A stretch of DNA of 64,000 nucleotides. Source: Candidatus Saccharimonadota bacterium. GTDB taxonomy: Bacteria > Patescibacteriota > Saccharimonadia > CAILAD01 > GCA-016700035. Positions 9,599-19,141 of this stretch are shown piece after piece. Below the pieces are notes generated by a model, which did no database searches, had not been told where the DNA came from, and saw nothing but the letters and a program-made list of their open reading frames with translations. The DNA lies in NCBI GenBank assembly GCA_046350755.1, contig JAXLZV010000001.1, positions 75,510-139,509 of the forward strand. Direction: 5' to 3'. A program made the position numbers and the translations under genes. Numbering within the stretch: the stretch's first letter is position 1; each line of letters opens with the position of its first letter.

Positions 9599-12454
9599 TT
9601 ATTGGCAAGCTTCGCAGTCTGGATCGAGGATCGAGCAGACATTGAGCGTTTCTTGACCATTCGAGATCATCGTCTGGGTGGTTGTCTGAGTCACGACTTG
9701 TGTCGCCACGCCACCTTGTTCAACCGTGTTGCCCATATTGCCACCACCGGCCGCTGAGCCAACGCTAAAGTCACGGGTGTGAGTGTCACCAAAGGCCGCC
9801 GTATCCACTGTCGACTTCTCGACTTGGCTCGCCGCAAGTGAGCGGAGGTAGTAGGTAGTCTTCAGACCCATGCGCCAAGCGTAGCTGTAGGCATCGGCCA
9901 GCATCTTACCGTTCGTACCACGCATGAAGATATTCAAGCTCTGACTCTGGTCGATCCACTTGCCACGATAGGCCGCCGTTCGCACCAGCCACTCGGCCGA
10001 GATCTCAAACACTTCCTTATACTTATCGCGGATATTCACGGGGATCTCAGAAATCTGCTGCACACTGCCGTCGTAGAATTTCAACTTATTGAGCATCTCG
10101 TCGGTCCAGAGGTCATGAGCTTTGAGGTCTTCGACTAGGTAAGGGTTGATCACCGTAAAGTCACCGGACATATTGGCCTTCACGTAAAGGTTCTTGAAGA
10201 TTGGCTCGATGCAGGGGTAACAGCCCACGATATTGGAGATCGTCGCAGTTGGGGCGATCGCCATAGTATTGGAGTTGCGCATGCCATGCTTCTTCACCAG
10301 ATCATAGACCGGCTTCCAATTCAGGCGGCGCGTGCGGGCGACGTCAATCTTCTGGCCGCGCTCTTCTTCTAAGAGGTCGAGCGTATCGACGGGGAAGATA
10401 CCGCGATCCCACTTACTGCCCTTGTAGCTCTTATAAGCCCCACGCTCACCAGCCAGCTCGGCCGAACCGGTAATCGCGTAGTAGGAGATGAGCTCCATCG
10501 AGACATCGGCAAATTCCACAGCTGCCTCAGAGGCAAAGTCGATATCGAGCTTGTAGAGAGCGTCCTGGAAGCCCATGATGCCGAGGCCAACTGGACGATG
10601 CTGCATATTACTGTTTTTAGCTTCTTTGGTCGGGTAGTAGTTGAGGTCGATGACGTTATCGAGCATGCGCATCGCCAACGTGACGGTTTCTTTGATCTTA
10701 TCGTGATCGAGGACTTCGCCTTTGACATGCAGGCCGAGGTTGACCGAGCCGAGGTTACAGACCGCTGTCTCGTCCTTTGAGGTGTTGAGCGTGATCTCAG
10801 TACAGAGATTTGAGCTGTGGACAACGCCGATATGATCCTGCGGCGAGCGAACATTCGATGGGTCTTTGAAGGTAATCCACGGATGACCCGTCTCGAAGAG
10901 CATAGTCAGCATCTTGCGCCAGAGATCGACGGCTGGAATCCGCTTCCAGGTCTGAATCTTGCCCTCATCAGCCAGCTTTTCGTACTTGATATAAGCTTCT
11001 TCGAACTTACGACCGTAGAGATCGTGCAGATCCGACGTCTCATCTGGCGAAAAGAGAGTCCACATCGCGCCTTCTTGCACGCGCTTCATGAAGAGGTCAG
11101 GAATCCAGTTAGCCGTGTCCATATCATGCGTGCGGCGGCGATCATCGCCGGTGTTCTTACGCAATTCGAGGAATTCTTCAATGTCCATGTGCCAAGTCTC
11201 GAGATAGGCACAGGTCGCACCACGCCGCTTACCCGAGCGATTGATAGCCACTGTCGTGTCATTGGCGATCTTCAGGAAGGGGACCACGCCCTGCGAGCTG
11301 ACGTTCGTTGTCTTGATAAGCGCACCAGTGGCGCGAATGTTCGACCAGTCCGTGCCGATACCGCCAGAGTATTTGGACAGCTGAGCGTTATCAGAAAAGG
11401 TCTTGAAGATATTTTCGAGGTTATCTTCAACCGTATTCAGGTAACACGATGACAGCTGCGGGTAGGTGGTACCGGAGTGGAAGAGTGTCGGTGTCGATGG
11501 CACGTAGCGGTGGGTCGACATGATGTCATAAAACTTCTTCGCCCAGTCGTTCTTGTCCTTCTTATCTTCATTCATCGCCATACCCATCGCGACGCGCATC
11601 CAAAAGGCCTGTGGCGTCTCGAGGATGATGTCCTCGCTACCAGCGGCCCGCAAGAAGTACCGATCGTAGAGGACCTGCAAGCCCATATAGTCAAAGAGCA
11701 GGTCGCGATCGAGATCCATATACTCGGCCAGCTCTTCGAGATTAAAGTCGAGGATTTCCTTTTGTAAGCGCTTTTCTTTGACCGCCCGCTGGAGGTTAGA
11801 TTGAAACGTCTTGCGATAAGCGGCTGGGATAGCAGCTTCTTCGCTCTCACCAGCGATCTCTTGGTGCATCTTATGGAGGAGGAGGCGAGCGGCAAACTTC
11901 GTATAGTCGGTGTCGCGCTCGATGAAGCTACGAGCTACCAGCACGATGGCCTCAAACAACTCATCGACAGTGATGCCATCGTAGAGGTTAGTCTTCACAG
12001 CTTCGAGCACGGCCTCGGCGTCGACACCAGCCAGACCCTTGGTGAAGCGATCGATCGTCTTCTTGAGCTTAGTGGGATTAAATTTCTCCAACTCACCAGC
12101 AGCATTCATGACGGTCAGGCCCGAGCTCTCGAGCTTGGCGACTTGCTCTTCCTGCTCAGCCTGGCGCTGCTTCTTGTGCTCCTCACGATAGACGATGTAG
12201 CTGCGCGCCGTCTGGTAGAAGCCAGCCCGCATCAGCTCTTGCTCGACGAGGTCCTGAATGCTCTCGACGTCCGGTGTCGTATCGACGTGCAGAGCTGAGA
12301 GATTATCAGCCACAGCGTCAACCAGCTCTGCCACTCGCTCGATATCGATCTCGCCGTCGACCGACAGGCTCGCCTTAATGATCGCGTCGGCGATCCGTTG
12401 CTTATCAAATGGTACTACCGAACCATTGCGCTTTTTTATTTGGTTATAACTCAT
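9599..12454 (-). CDS. nrdA: Class Ia ribonucleotide reductase alpha subunit with two ATP-cones
   Basis: IKKRNGSVVPFD ATP-cone, STPTL, SSC, SNLCTEI, APTATIS, TTYY, C-terminal CEAC; start set by the GGAGG RBS. Confidence 0.95.
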   Translation of the reverse strand: MSYNQIKKRNGSVVPFDKQRIADAIIKASLSVDGEIDIERVAELVDAVADNLSALHVDTTPDVESIQDLVEQELMRAGFYQTARSYIVYREEHKKQRQAEQEEQVAKLESSGLTVMNAAGELEKFNPTKLKKTIDRFTKGLAGVDAEAVLEAVKTNLYDGITVDELFEAIVLVARSFIERDTDYTKFAARLLLHKMHQEIAGESEEAAIPAAYRKTFQSNLQRAVKEKRLQKEILDFNLEELAEYMDLDRDLLFDYMGLQVLYDRYFLRAAGSEDIILETPQAFWMRVAMGMAMNEDKKDKNDWAKKFYDIMSTHRYVPSTPTLFHSGTTYPQLSSCYLNTVEDNLENIFKTFSDNAQLSKYSGGIGTDWSNIRATGALIKTTNVSSQGVVPFLKIANDTTVAINRSGKRRGATCAYLETWHMDIEEFLELRKNTGDDRRRTHDMDTANWIPDLFMKRVQEGAMWTLFSPDETSDLHDLYGRKFEEAYIKYEKLADEGKIQTWKRIPAVDLWRKMLTMLFETGHPWITFKDPSNVRSPQDHIGVVHSSNLCTEITLNTSKDETAVCNLGSVNLGLHVKGEVLDHDKIKETVTLAMRMLDNVIDLNYYPTKEAKNSNMQHRPVGLGIMGFQDALYKLDIDFASEAAVEFADVSMELISYYAITGSAELAGERGAYKSYKGSKWDRGIFPVDTLDLLEEERGQKIDVARTRRLNWKPVYDLVKKHGMRNSNTMAIAPTATISNIVGCYPCIEPIFKNLYVKANMSGDFTVINPYLVEDLKAHDLWTDEMLNKLKFYDGSVQQISEIPVNIRDKYKEVFEISAEWLVRTAAYRGKWIDQSQSLNIFMRGTNGKMLADAYSYAWRMGLKTTYYLRSLAASQVEKSTVDTAAFGDTHTRDFSVGSAAGGGNMGNTVEQGGVATQVVTQTTTQTMISNGQETLNVCSILDPDCEACQ

Positions 12455-12478
12455 CCTCACCCTCCTGGATTAGTGTTT

Positions 12479-12527
12479 TGTGTATATATAGCGTTTCAAC
12501 TTACACTATGAACACTATATATAGCGT
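12479..12527 (-). promoter_or_regulatory. Tandem NrdR boxes
   Basis: Minus-strand ACGCTATATATAGTGT (12512-12527) and weaker ACGCTATATATACACA (12479-12494), 33 nt apart, upstream of nrdA. Confidence 0.75.
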
Positions 12528-12812
12528 AGTAGCAGCGTGTAAAGCCCTTATGCTCTACATTTTCTGCATCCACTACAATTTGTAAAAACCGACTCCAACT
12601 TTCGCCGCACACTGTATTACTTACGAACATCATACGAACGTATGCGCACGCCTGTCAACCCCTCAATCTACAAACGCGAGTAACAAATCTTGCTTCTCAT
12701 CATACGCGCTTGTGGTGAGCTTCGTAAATATTGCGCGAGTCGACTTTTCGTGTCATTACCATCTGGAAAAGTATCGGAAAACGTGGTATAGTTTTGTGGT
12801 TATTTCCGTTGT

Positions 12813-12887
12813 GGTCCCATCGTCTAGCGGTTAGGACGCCAGGTTCTCAGCCTGGTAACCGGGGTTCGATTCCCCGTGGGATCACCA
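12813..12887 (+). tRNA. tRNA-Glu (CTC)
   Basis: Cloverleaf; anticodon arm CCAGG-TTCTCAG-CCTGG; GGTTCGATT T-loop; encoded CCA. Confidence 0.97.
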
Positions 12888-12925
12888 AGTTAAGGACCGG
12901 AGCTCGTCTCCGGTTTTTAACTTGG
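12885..12925 (+). terminator. Hairpin/terminator after tRNA-Glu
   Basis: CCAAGTTAAGGACCGGAG-CTCGT-CTCCGGTTTTTAACTTGG. Confidence 0.7.
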
Positions 12926-13207
12926 TGGATAGTCGCGAGAGTATCTCGAACCCGGGTTCGAAGACCAGAGCCACGCGCACAAGCTCGCTTGGAGCATGGC
13001 TCGCAGTCGCAAGGCCATAAGCCTTATTCCCCTGGTAGTTCTCGCAGAGAACTGAGCCCCGCAGGGGTTGGATAATGATGAAAGCGCGCAGAAATGTATT
13101 TCGAGCACTTGAGGAAATTACACGCAGTATTCCCCATATGATGAATATATTGCAGAATTCAGCAATATATATTTATAGGTTTACATTTCGAATGGTAAGA
13201 TGGCTCT

Positions 13208-16200
13208 ATGGCAAGGTTATTCGGAAAAAACAAGTTACGAGAGTTAGTCGAAAAGATAGATACTGAATCGGTGCGTCAGTACATCGATATAGTCAAGGAA
13301 TGGAGTGAGGATTATCACAACGGCAGTCTGAAGAAAGACAAAGAAACTTCTCGCGAACAAGCCTATAACCGTGACTTCTTTATTCGTATTCTTGGCTACA
13401 AAGAAAAACCTGCTGTTCCATATAGCCTGGAGCCCAAAGCCACTACTGATAAAGGACAGTTGCCCGATGCCGTATTAAGTCACACTGACGCATCGAAACA
13501 TATAAAAAACATTTCTGCTGTTGTCGAGCTAAAAGGTGCTGCAACCGAGCTTGATCGTCCGCAAAGGCGTGAAGGCAATATGAGTCCAATTCAGCAGGCC
13601 TTTAAATATAAGACTCAGTATCGCAATTGCCCGTTCGTGATTGTTTGTAACTTTTGGGAGTTTCGCCTGTATCACGACAACCAGCTTGATTACGAACTTT
13701 GGACGCTAGATGACCTTGTGAACCCCGAGGACGACTACATACTGTTTAAGACATGGTATGCGCTTTTAAGATGCGAGAAATTTACGGCGAGCAAGGGCGC
13801 GAGCAAAACTGAAGCCCTACTGAGCGATATACGCGTAGAACAAGACAATATCAGCAAGAAGTTTTACAAAGTGTACCGCGAGGCGCGGTTAGACCTACTG
13901 CGCGATATCTACAAACACAACCACCACATCAGATCCAAAATAGATGTAGGCATTGAGAAGGCTCAAAAGATTGTTGACCGCATTGTGTTCGCGGCTTTTG
14001 CTGAAGATAGAGGCTTATTGCCGGACAATACCCTTCAACGCGTCATTATGGCTGCTGATAGCTCTGCATTTGGCGGTAGTCTATGGAATACACTAAAAAG
14101 CTTTTTTGAGGCGATAGACGTAGGTAGCGAAAAACTGGAGATACCCGACGGGTATAACGGTGGGCTGTTTAAGCATGATGATAAGTTAAACAATCTACAA
14201 ATCAGCGACGAACCTCTACGTAGGGTTATCGAGTTAGGTTCATACAACTTTGCCGATGATTTAAGTGTAAACATTCTTGGTCATATTTTTGAGCAATCCA
14301 TTAGTGATCTTGAAGAAATTAAGAACAAAGTCAACGACAGCCAGAACCTAGAAACTGTAGCGCACTCACGACGTAAAAAAGACGGCATATATTACACCCC
14401 TGACTACATTGTGAGGTACATCATAGATAACTCACTCGGGGCTTACCTGAGAGAGCAAGAAGAAAAACTAAAATTAGAGTTTCGATTGAAGGACAATATT
14501 CTTGATAAAACCTATGAACAGCGCGAAAAGCAAGCATACATAAAATATTATGAACGCCTAAGTAATATCAAAGTGCTTGACCCTGCCTGTGGTAGCGGCG
14601 CATTTTTAGTGTATGTTTTTGATTACTTATTTGCGGAGCATAAAAGAATAGGCAACATCCTAGGACTCGACAAGGGGGTGGTAGACTTTGGCGAAACATA
14701 TAAAAACATTCTAACTCGCAATATATATGGCGTTGATCTTAATGATGAATCCGTGGAAATTACAAAGTTATCTCTTTGGCTTAAAACCGCACAAAAGGGT
14801 AAAAAGCTAACCACCCTAGACGCAAACATTAAATGCGGTAATAGCTTAATAGACGACCCAAATATTGCAGATGGTAAGGCATTTAACTGGCATGAGCAGT
14901 TTACGGACGTACTCGAGCAAGGTGGCTTTGATGTGATTATTGGCAATCCGCCGTGGGTTTCTTTAGGTGGAAGGCAGGGCCAAAAAGTAAGCAACGAAGA
15001 ACTTAAATACTACACAGAAAAATACAACGGCAACACCTATCTACCTAACCTGTTCGAGTATTTTGTTAACTTGGGAGTAAGCATACTTAAACAAAACGGG
15101 TATTTCTCTATGATTGTACCTGACCGTTTTGGCATAAACGGAGTATTTAATAACTTACGCAAAAATATCTGGCAAAAATATAATCTAATACAAGTCGTCT
15201 ATAAATGGGACTTCCCGTACGTAGTAACCGATACAATGACCTTTGTTATTAAAAAACAAAACATAAAGAATAAGGTCGTAGCGATTAAAGCTACACCGAG
15301 CTCTGAATTTGTAAAGCTTACCGATGAGGAAATCGACAAAACTACTTATGAGTTTAAGTTATTTGGATCTGCGGAAACCAAAGCACTCGTCAATAAAATC
15401 ATTAAACTCGGAACACCCGTCTCGCAGATAGCAAAAACAACCTCTGGCTTTGGCGGTAAATCAAAATTAGTTACCAGCAACAGGGAAGCAATAGGCCAGC
15501 GAGAAATATTAAAGGGTCAATCTATCGGGCGCTATGTCATAAAACACAAACTATTCTTTGAGTTTATTGACGAAAATATAACGGGTAGAACTAGAGATAA
15601 GAGAAAACTCGGTGCCACACCAAAGGTTCTACTGCGGAAGACCGGTTCTGAGATAATCGCTACTTACGATAATACTGGTTTATACCCTGAGCAGTCTTTG
15701 TATTTTCTTTATTCATTTACTGATAACGTGCAGCCCCTATACTTACTGGCGGTATTGAACTCAAGATTAATAACTTGGCTGTATCGCAGTAATTTTATTA
15801 CCAACGCAGATAGTACACCACAATTAAAAAATAATGACCTAGATAAGTTCCCGATAGTTATTGCGGATAAGCAGACTCAATCACGCGTATCACAGACAGT
15901 GGAAGAGTTAATGTCAAAGTCAAAAAGCTTGTACTATATAACAGATACAACTAATAGGTTAATCTCTTCCGAGTTCAGCTTGCACAATATGCCGGCAAAA
16001 TTAAACAAATGGTGGACATTTGATTTTGTAGAGTTCACAAACAGACTGCGCCTTAACCTAACGCTCACTCAAAAAGATGAACTTCTGCAACTATTTGAAA
16101 AGTACCGCCCCAAACTACAATCACTTGACAATGAAATACAGCGATTAGACCACGAAATTGACCGGTTAGTATACAAACTCTACAGATTAACAGATGAGGA

Positions 16201-16234
16201 GATTACTATGATTGAGAGAGATACTGCGAAGTAG
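13208..16234 (+). CDS. Type IIG restriction-modification enzyme (fused nuclease, N6-adenine MTase and TRD)
   Basis: PDAVL...VVELK nuclease motif; YYTP, DPACGSGAFL (motif I), GNPPW (motif IV); TaqI_C-like YLLAVLNS TRD. Confidence 0.9.
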   Translation: MARLFGKNKLRELVEKIDTESVRQYIDIVKEWSEDYHNGSLKKDKETSREQAYNRDFFIRILGYKEKPAVPYSLEPKATTDKGQLPDAVLSHTDASKHIKNISAVVELKGAATELDRPQRREGNMSPIQQAFKYKTQYRNCPFVIVCNFWEFRLYHDNQLDYELWTLDDLVNPEDDYILFKTWYALLRCEKFTASKGASKTEALLSDIRVEQDNISKKFYKVYREARLDLLRDIYKHNHHIRSKIDVGIEKAQKIVDRIVFAAFAEDRGLLPDNTLQRVIMAADSSAFGGSLWNTLKSFFEAIDVGSEKLEIPDGYNGGLFKHDDKLNNLQISDEPLRRVIELGSYNFADDLSVNILGHIFEQSISDLEEIKNKVNDSQNLETVAHSRRKKDGIYYTPDYIVRYIIDNSLGAYLREQEEKLKLEFRLKDNILDKTYEQREKQAYIKYYERLSNIKVLDPACGSGAFLVYVFDYLFAEHKRIGNILGLDKGVVDFGETYKNILTRNIYGVDLNDESVEITKLSLWLKTAQKGKKLTTLDANIKCGNSLIDDPNIADGKAFNWHEQFTDVLEQGGFDVIIGNPPWVSLGGRQGQKVSNEELKYYTEKYNGNTYLPNLFEYFVNLGVSILKQNGYFSMIVPDRFGINGVFNNLRKNIWQKYNLIQVVYKWDFPYVVTDTMTFVIKKQNIKNKVVAIKATPSSEFVKLTDEEIDKTTYEFKLFGSAETKALVNKIIKLGTPVSQIAKTTSGFGGKSKLVTSNREAIGQREILKGQSIGRYVIKHKLFFEFIDENITGRTRDKRKLGATPKVLLRKTGSEIIATYDNTGLYPEQSLYFLYSFTDNVQPLYLLAVLNSRLITWLYRSNFITNADSTPQLKNNDLDKFPIVIADKQTQSRVSQTVEELMSKSKSLYYITDTTNRLISSEFSLHNMPAKLNKWWTFDFVEFTNRLRLNLTLTQKDELLQLFEKYRPKLQSLDNEIQRLDHEIDRLVYKLYRLTDEEITMIERDTAK

Positions 16235-16254
16235 TTTTGGAATATAATAGAGGA

Positions 16255-16992
16255 ATGAAACCATACAACGGCGTCTACCAGCCCGACAACCCAGCGCCAT
16301 ACAAACTCAGCCGCACGAAGGTCGAGCTCTTTACCAACTGCCCGCGCTGCTTTTACCTCGACCGCGTACTGAAGATCGCGCGGCCAAGCACGCCACCATT
16401 TAATATCAACTCCGCCGTCGACTCATTGCTCAAGGCAGAATTCGACGTCCATCGAGCGAATGGACACCAACACCCCATCCAGGAGCAATACGGCATCGAT
16501 GCCGAGCCTGCGCCGCACGAAGAGCTGGATAAATGGCGCGAAAATTTCCACGGCGTACAATATATCCACGAGCCGTCGAACCTCTTGCTCTTCGGCGCTA
16601 TCGATGACCTGTGGATAAACTCCAAGGGCGAATACATCGTCGTGGACTACAAGGCGACGGCGAAAAACGAGCCAGTCACCGAGCTGGGCGATGCTCCCTG
16701 GCATGATCAATACAGGCGACAGATAGAGTTTTACCAATGGCTGCTGCGGCGTAACGGCTACAAGGTGAGTGATACTGGCTACTGGGTATACTGCACGGGG
16801 AATCCGAACGCGGGCGCGTTTGATAAAAAGGTCGAGTTTGAAGTGCATCTGATCAGCTATGAGGGGAGTGGCAGCTGGGTGGAGCCGACGGTGATGAAGC
16901 TCAAGCAGTGCCTGGATAGTGGAGTAGTGCCACCGCCGACTGAGGGCTGTGAGTACTGTGCGTATATCGCCCTGGCGGCGGAACAGCTATAG
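16255..16992 (+). CDS. PD-(D/E)XK (RecB/Cas4-like) nuclease
   Basis: LSRTK..CPRC, GAIDD, VVDYK, QIEFY, C-terminal CEYC. Confidence 0.85.
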   Translation: MKPYNGVYQPDNPAPYKLSRTKVELFTNCPRCFYLDRVLKIARPSTPPFNINSAVDSLLKAEFDVHRANGHQHPIQEQYGIDAEPAPHEELDKWRENFHGVQYIHEPSNLLLFGAIDDLWINSKGEYIVVDYKATAKNEPVTELGDAPWHDQYRRQIEFYQWLLRRNGYKVSDTGYWVYCTGNPNAGAFDKKVEFEVHLISYEGSGSWVEPTVMKLKQCLDSGVVPPPTEGCEYCAYIALAAEQL

Positions 16993-17004
16993 GAGGGGAT
17001 TGAT

Positions 17005-17721
17005 ATGGCGGATCTAGACGAATATATGTATCGAGCCGAGCAGCTCGTCATCTGGGAGCAAAAGGCGAATATCAAGCAGATCCGGGAGGCTTTTGGCGTC
17101 TCAGAAACTACAGCCATAAAGATCCTATTGACGCTCGAGAGTCTCGGGTATATACAAGAGACCGACGTCGAGGGCGTGTACACGGTCTGGCGGGATCGAG
17201 CCACGAACGCGAATGAAGCCAACCGTGAGATCCACACCCTGCTGAACGCCGCTGTGCGCTATGTGCGAGACTGTGGGGCTATTGGCAAAAATGACTTAGA
17301 AAAGTTTTGCATCGTACTCGGCATCACAGAAGCCAAAGCCGTCGAGCTCTTTGAGATGATGAGGAACCTTGGCGTCGTCGAAGAAACAGTGATGTATCGC
17401 GCGCTGAGCGAAGAAGAAGTCAGTGACCAGGACAAAAACTGGTACGACCCCTTCAATTCGTCCGTTCAGCTACTGGATGAAAAAGGTGAAGCAACCATGA
17501 CGTTTAAGACGAACTTGGATGATACGCTGTACCCACAAGTAGAGGAATACGTGATCGAACAGCAAAGCGCGTCGGCTACTATGCTGCAGCGCCGATTTCA
17601 GATCGGTTATGCGCGAGCGGCGCGACTCATGGACGCCCTGGAAAATAATTTCGTCGTCGGTCCTGCCGATGGCGCCAAGCCCCGAAAAGTCCTGAAGCCG
17701 AAGCAGAAGTCAGATGACTAA
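17005..17721 (+). CDS. FtsK-gamma (winged-helix) domain protein without a motor domain
   Basis: C-terminal DDTLYPQVEEYVIEQQSASATMLQRRFQIGYARAARLMDALE...GPADGAKPRKVL; AGGAGG RBS. Confidence 0.85.
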   Translation: MADLDEYMYRAEQLVIWEQKANIKQIREAFGVSETTAIKILLTLESLGYIQETDVEGVYTVWRDRATNANEANREIHTLLNAAVRYVRDCGAIGKNDLEKFCIVLGITEAKAVELFEMMRNLGVVEETVMYRALSEEEVSDQDKNWYDPFNSSVQLLDEKGEATMTFKTNLDDTLYPQVEEYVIEQQSASATMLQRRFQIGYARAARLMDALENNFVVGPADGAKPRKVLKPKQKSDD

Positions 17722-17815
17722 ACCGAATGTCTATCTCGATATCGATGGCGTGTTGCTTGCTAATGATTTGCATGCTGCCAACTACGTACATGAGTTCATA
17801 GCACTGAGTATCTAA
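17714..17815 (+). pseudogene. Truncated HAD-family hydrolase fragment (33 aa)
   Basis: MTKPNVYLDIDGVLLANDLHAANYVHEFIALSI*: HAD motif I (DxDGV) followed by an early stop. Confidence 0.55.
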
Positions 17816-18097
17816 ATGGCAAAATATCAGTATAGCCTTTATGCATTCGAGCTCAACGACGACCCCAGATATGTATATGTTGGGCAAACAGCGCTATCGC
17901 CTGAGGCACGCAGGGAGCAGCATATTCATGGGCCTCATAAATCACGAGCGATACGCCATTGTGAAATCGGTAATTTACGGCCGGATCTTTACGAAAAATA
18001 TAATCCTATCGCAACCCGCAAAGAAGCCGAAGCGATGGAGGCTTGGCTGGCGGACAAATTGCGGAATGATGGCTTTATGGTAGAGGGTGGGCATTAA
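17816..18097 (+). CDS. Small GIY-YIG-family nuclease-like protein
   Basis: SLYAFEL...VYVGQT...R.EQH...EAEAME. Confidence 0.75.
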   Translation: MAKYQYSLYAFELNDDPRYVYVGQTALSPEARREQHIHGPHKSRAIRHCEIGNLRPDLYEKYNPIATRKEAEAMEAWLADKLRNDGFMVEGGH

Positions 18098-18148
18098 GTG
18101 AGCGAAAAAACTCCGCAATACTGACAGGGTGAGCACCTACCCGATCAG

Positions 18149-18457
18149 CTAGCCGAGCAACAGCTTGCCGAGAGCTAAGACCAGGAGAAATACCCAAGTC
18201 GCAAAAAATAGTAGCGCTCGCCAGCTACTCACCGACACATCAGGGTCTACGGCTTTGGAGATGCTCAGAAACGCAAAGCCACACGCCCCCAGCAGGAGGA
18301 CCCAGTACAGCGGTGATACTCTCGGGGTGCGAACGATGGGTGTGAGCTGAAGGGCAGCCAAAAACGGCACGAGCAATACACAGATTGCGCCACATATGTA
18401 CCAAAAATTTTGCGTTTTCTTATTCATAGTGCTCGAATTTGCCTGTTCAGATTTCAT
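18149..18457 (-). CDS. Small membrane protein (3 TM), hypothetical
   Basis: Three hydrophobic segments. Confidence 0.55.
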   Translation of the reverse strand: MKSEQANSSTMNKKTQNFWYICGAICVLLVPFLAALQLTPIVRTPRVSPLYWVLLLGACGFAFLSISKAVDPDVSVSSWRALLFFATWVFLLVLALGKLLLG

Positions 18458-18571
18458 TATATCGCAGCCAGCAAAATTACCTACCAGCCCTTGCGCTGTA
18501 AATACTTCAAAAACATCGCAGAATACAGCTCGGATGTGTCAGTATATCTATATATAGATAAGGAGACTCAC

Positions 18572-19093
18572 ATGAAAGCAACTTTGGGCGGTGGATGCTT
18601 CTGGTGCTTGGAAGCGGCCTACCAGATGATACGCGGCGTGAAGCAGGTGAGGCCAGGCTACGCCGGTGGCACGACCAAGGACCCGAGCTACGAGGCTGTC
18701 TGCGACGGCAAAACCGGCCATGCCGAGGTGGTAATGATCGAGTTTGATGAGGCCCAGATCCGCTACGAGGATATCCTGGATGTCTTTTGGGCCATTCACG
18801 ACCCGACGACGCTCAATCAGCAGGGGGCGGATGTCGGCACGCAGTATCGATCGATCATCTTCTACGCCGATGAGAGCCAGAAAACCACAGCCGAGGCTTC
18901 GCGAGATGCCGCTCAAAAGCTCTGGGACAAGCCGATCGTGACCGAGATCCAGCCGCTCGAGGCATTTTATCCAGCCGAAGACTACCATCGCAACTACTTT
19001 GCGCAGCACCCCGAGCAAGCCTACTGCCAGATCGTAATCAACCCCAAGCTGGCTAAGCTACGTCAGCTCTATCACGATTTGCTCATCGCGTAA
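18572..19093 (+). CDS. msrA: Peptide-methionine (S)-S-oxide reductase
   Basis: GGGCFWC, GYAGG, GHAE, HDPT, GTQYRS, AEDYH; AGGAG RBS. Confidence 0.95.
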   Translation: MKATLGGGCFWCLEAAYQMIRGVKQVRPGYAGGTTKDPSYEAVCDGKTGHAEVVMIEFDEAQIRYEDILDVFWAIHDPTTLNQQGADVGTQYRSIIFYADESQKTTAEASRDAAQKLWDKPIVTEIQPLEAFYPAEDYHRNYFAQHPEQAYCQIVINPKLAKLRQLYHDLLIA

Positions 19094-19141
19094 AAAGCTC
19101 ACTCAACCGCTCATGCTATACTTTTATTTAAAGATACGACT

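Noticed and set aside
12622-12648. LexA/SOS box (CGAAC repeats)
   Set aside because: No GTTC half-site at the required spacing
12731-13266. ORFs of 114, 63 and 63 aa
   Set aside because: They overlap the tRNA and hairpins and have no protein motifs
16255-16992. CRISPR-Cas locus suggested by the Cas4-like nuclease
   Set aside because: No repeat-spacer array and no other cas genes in the window
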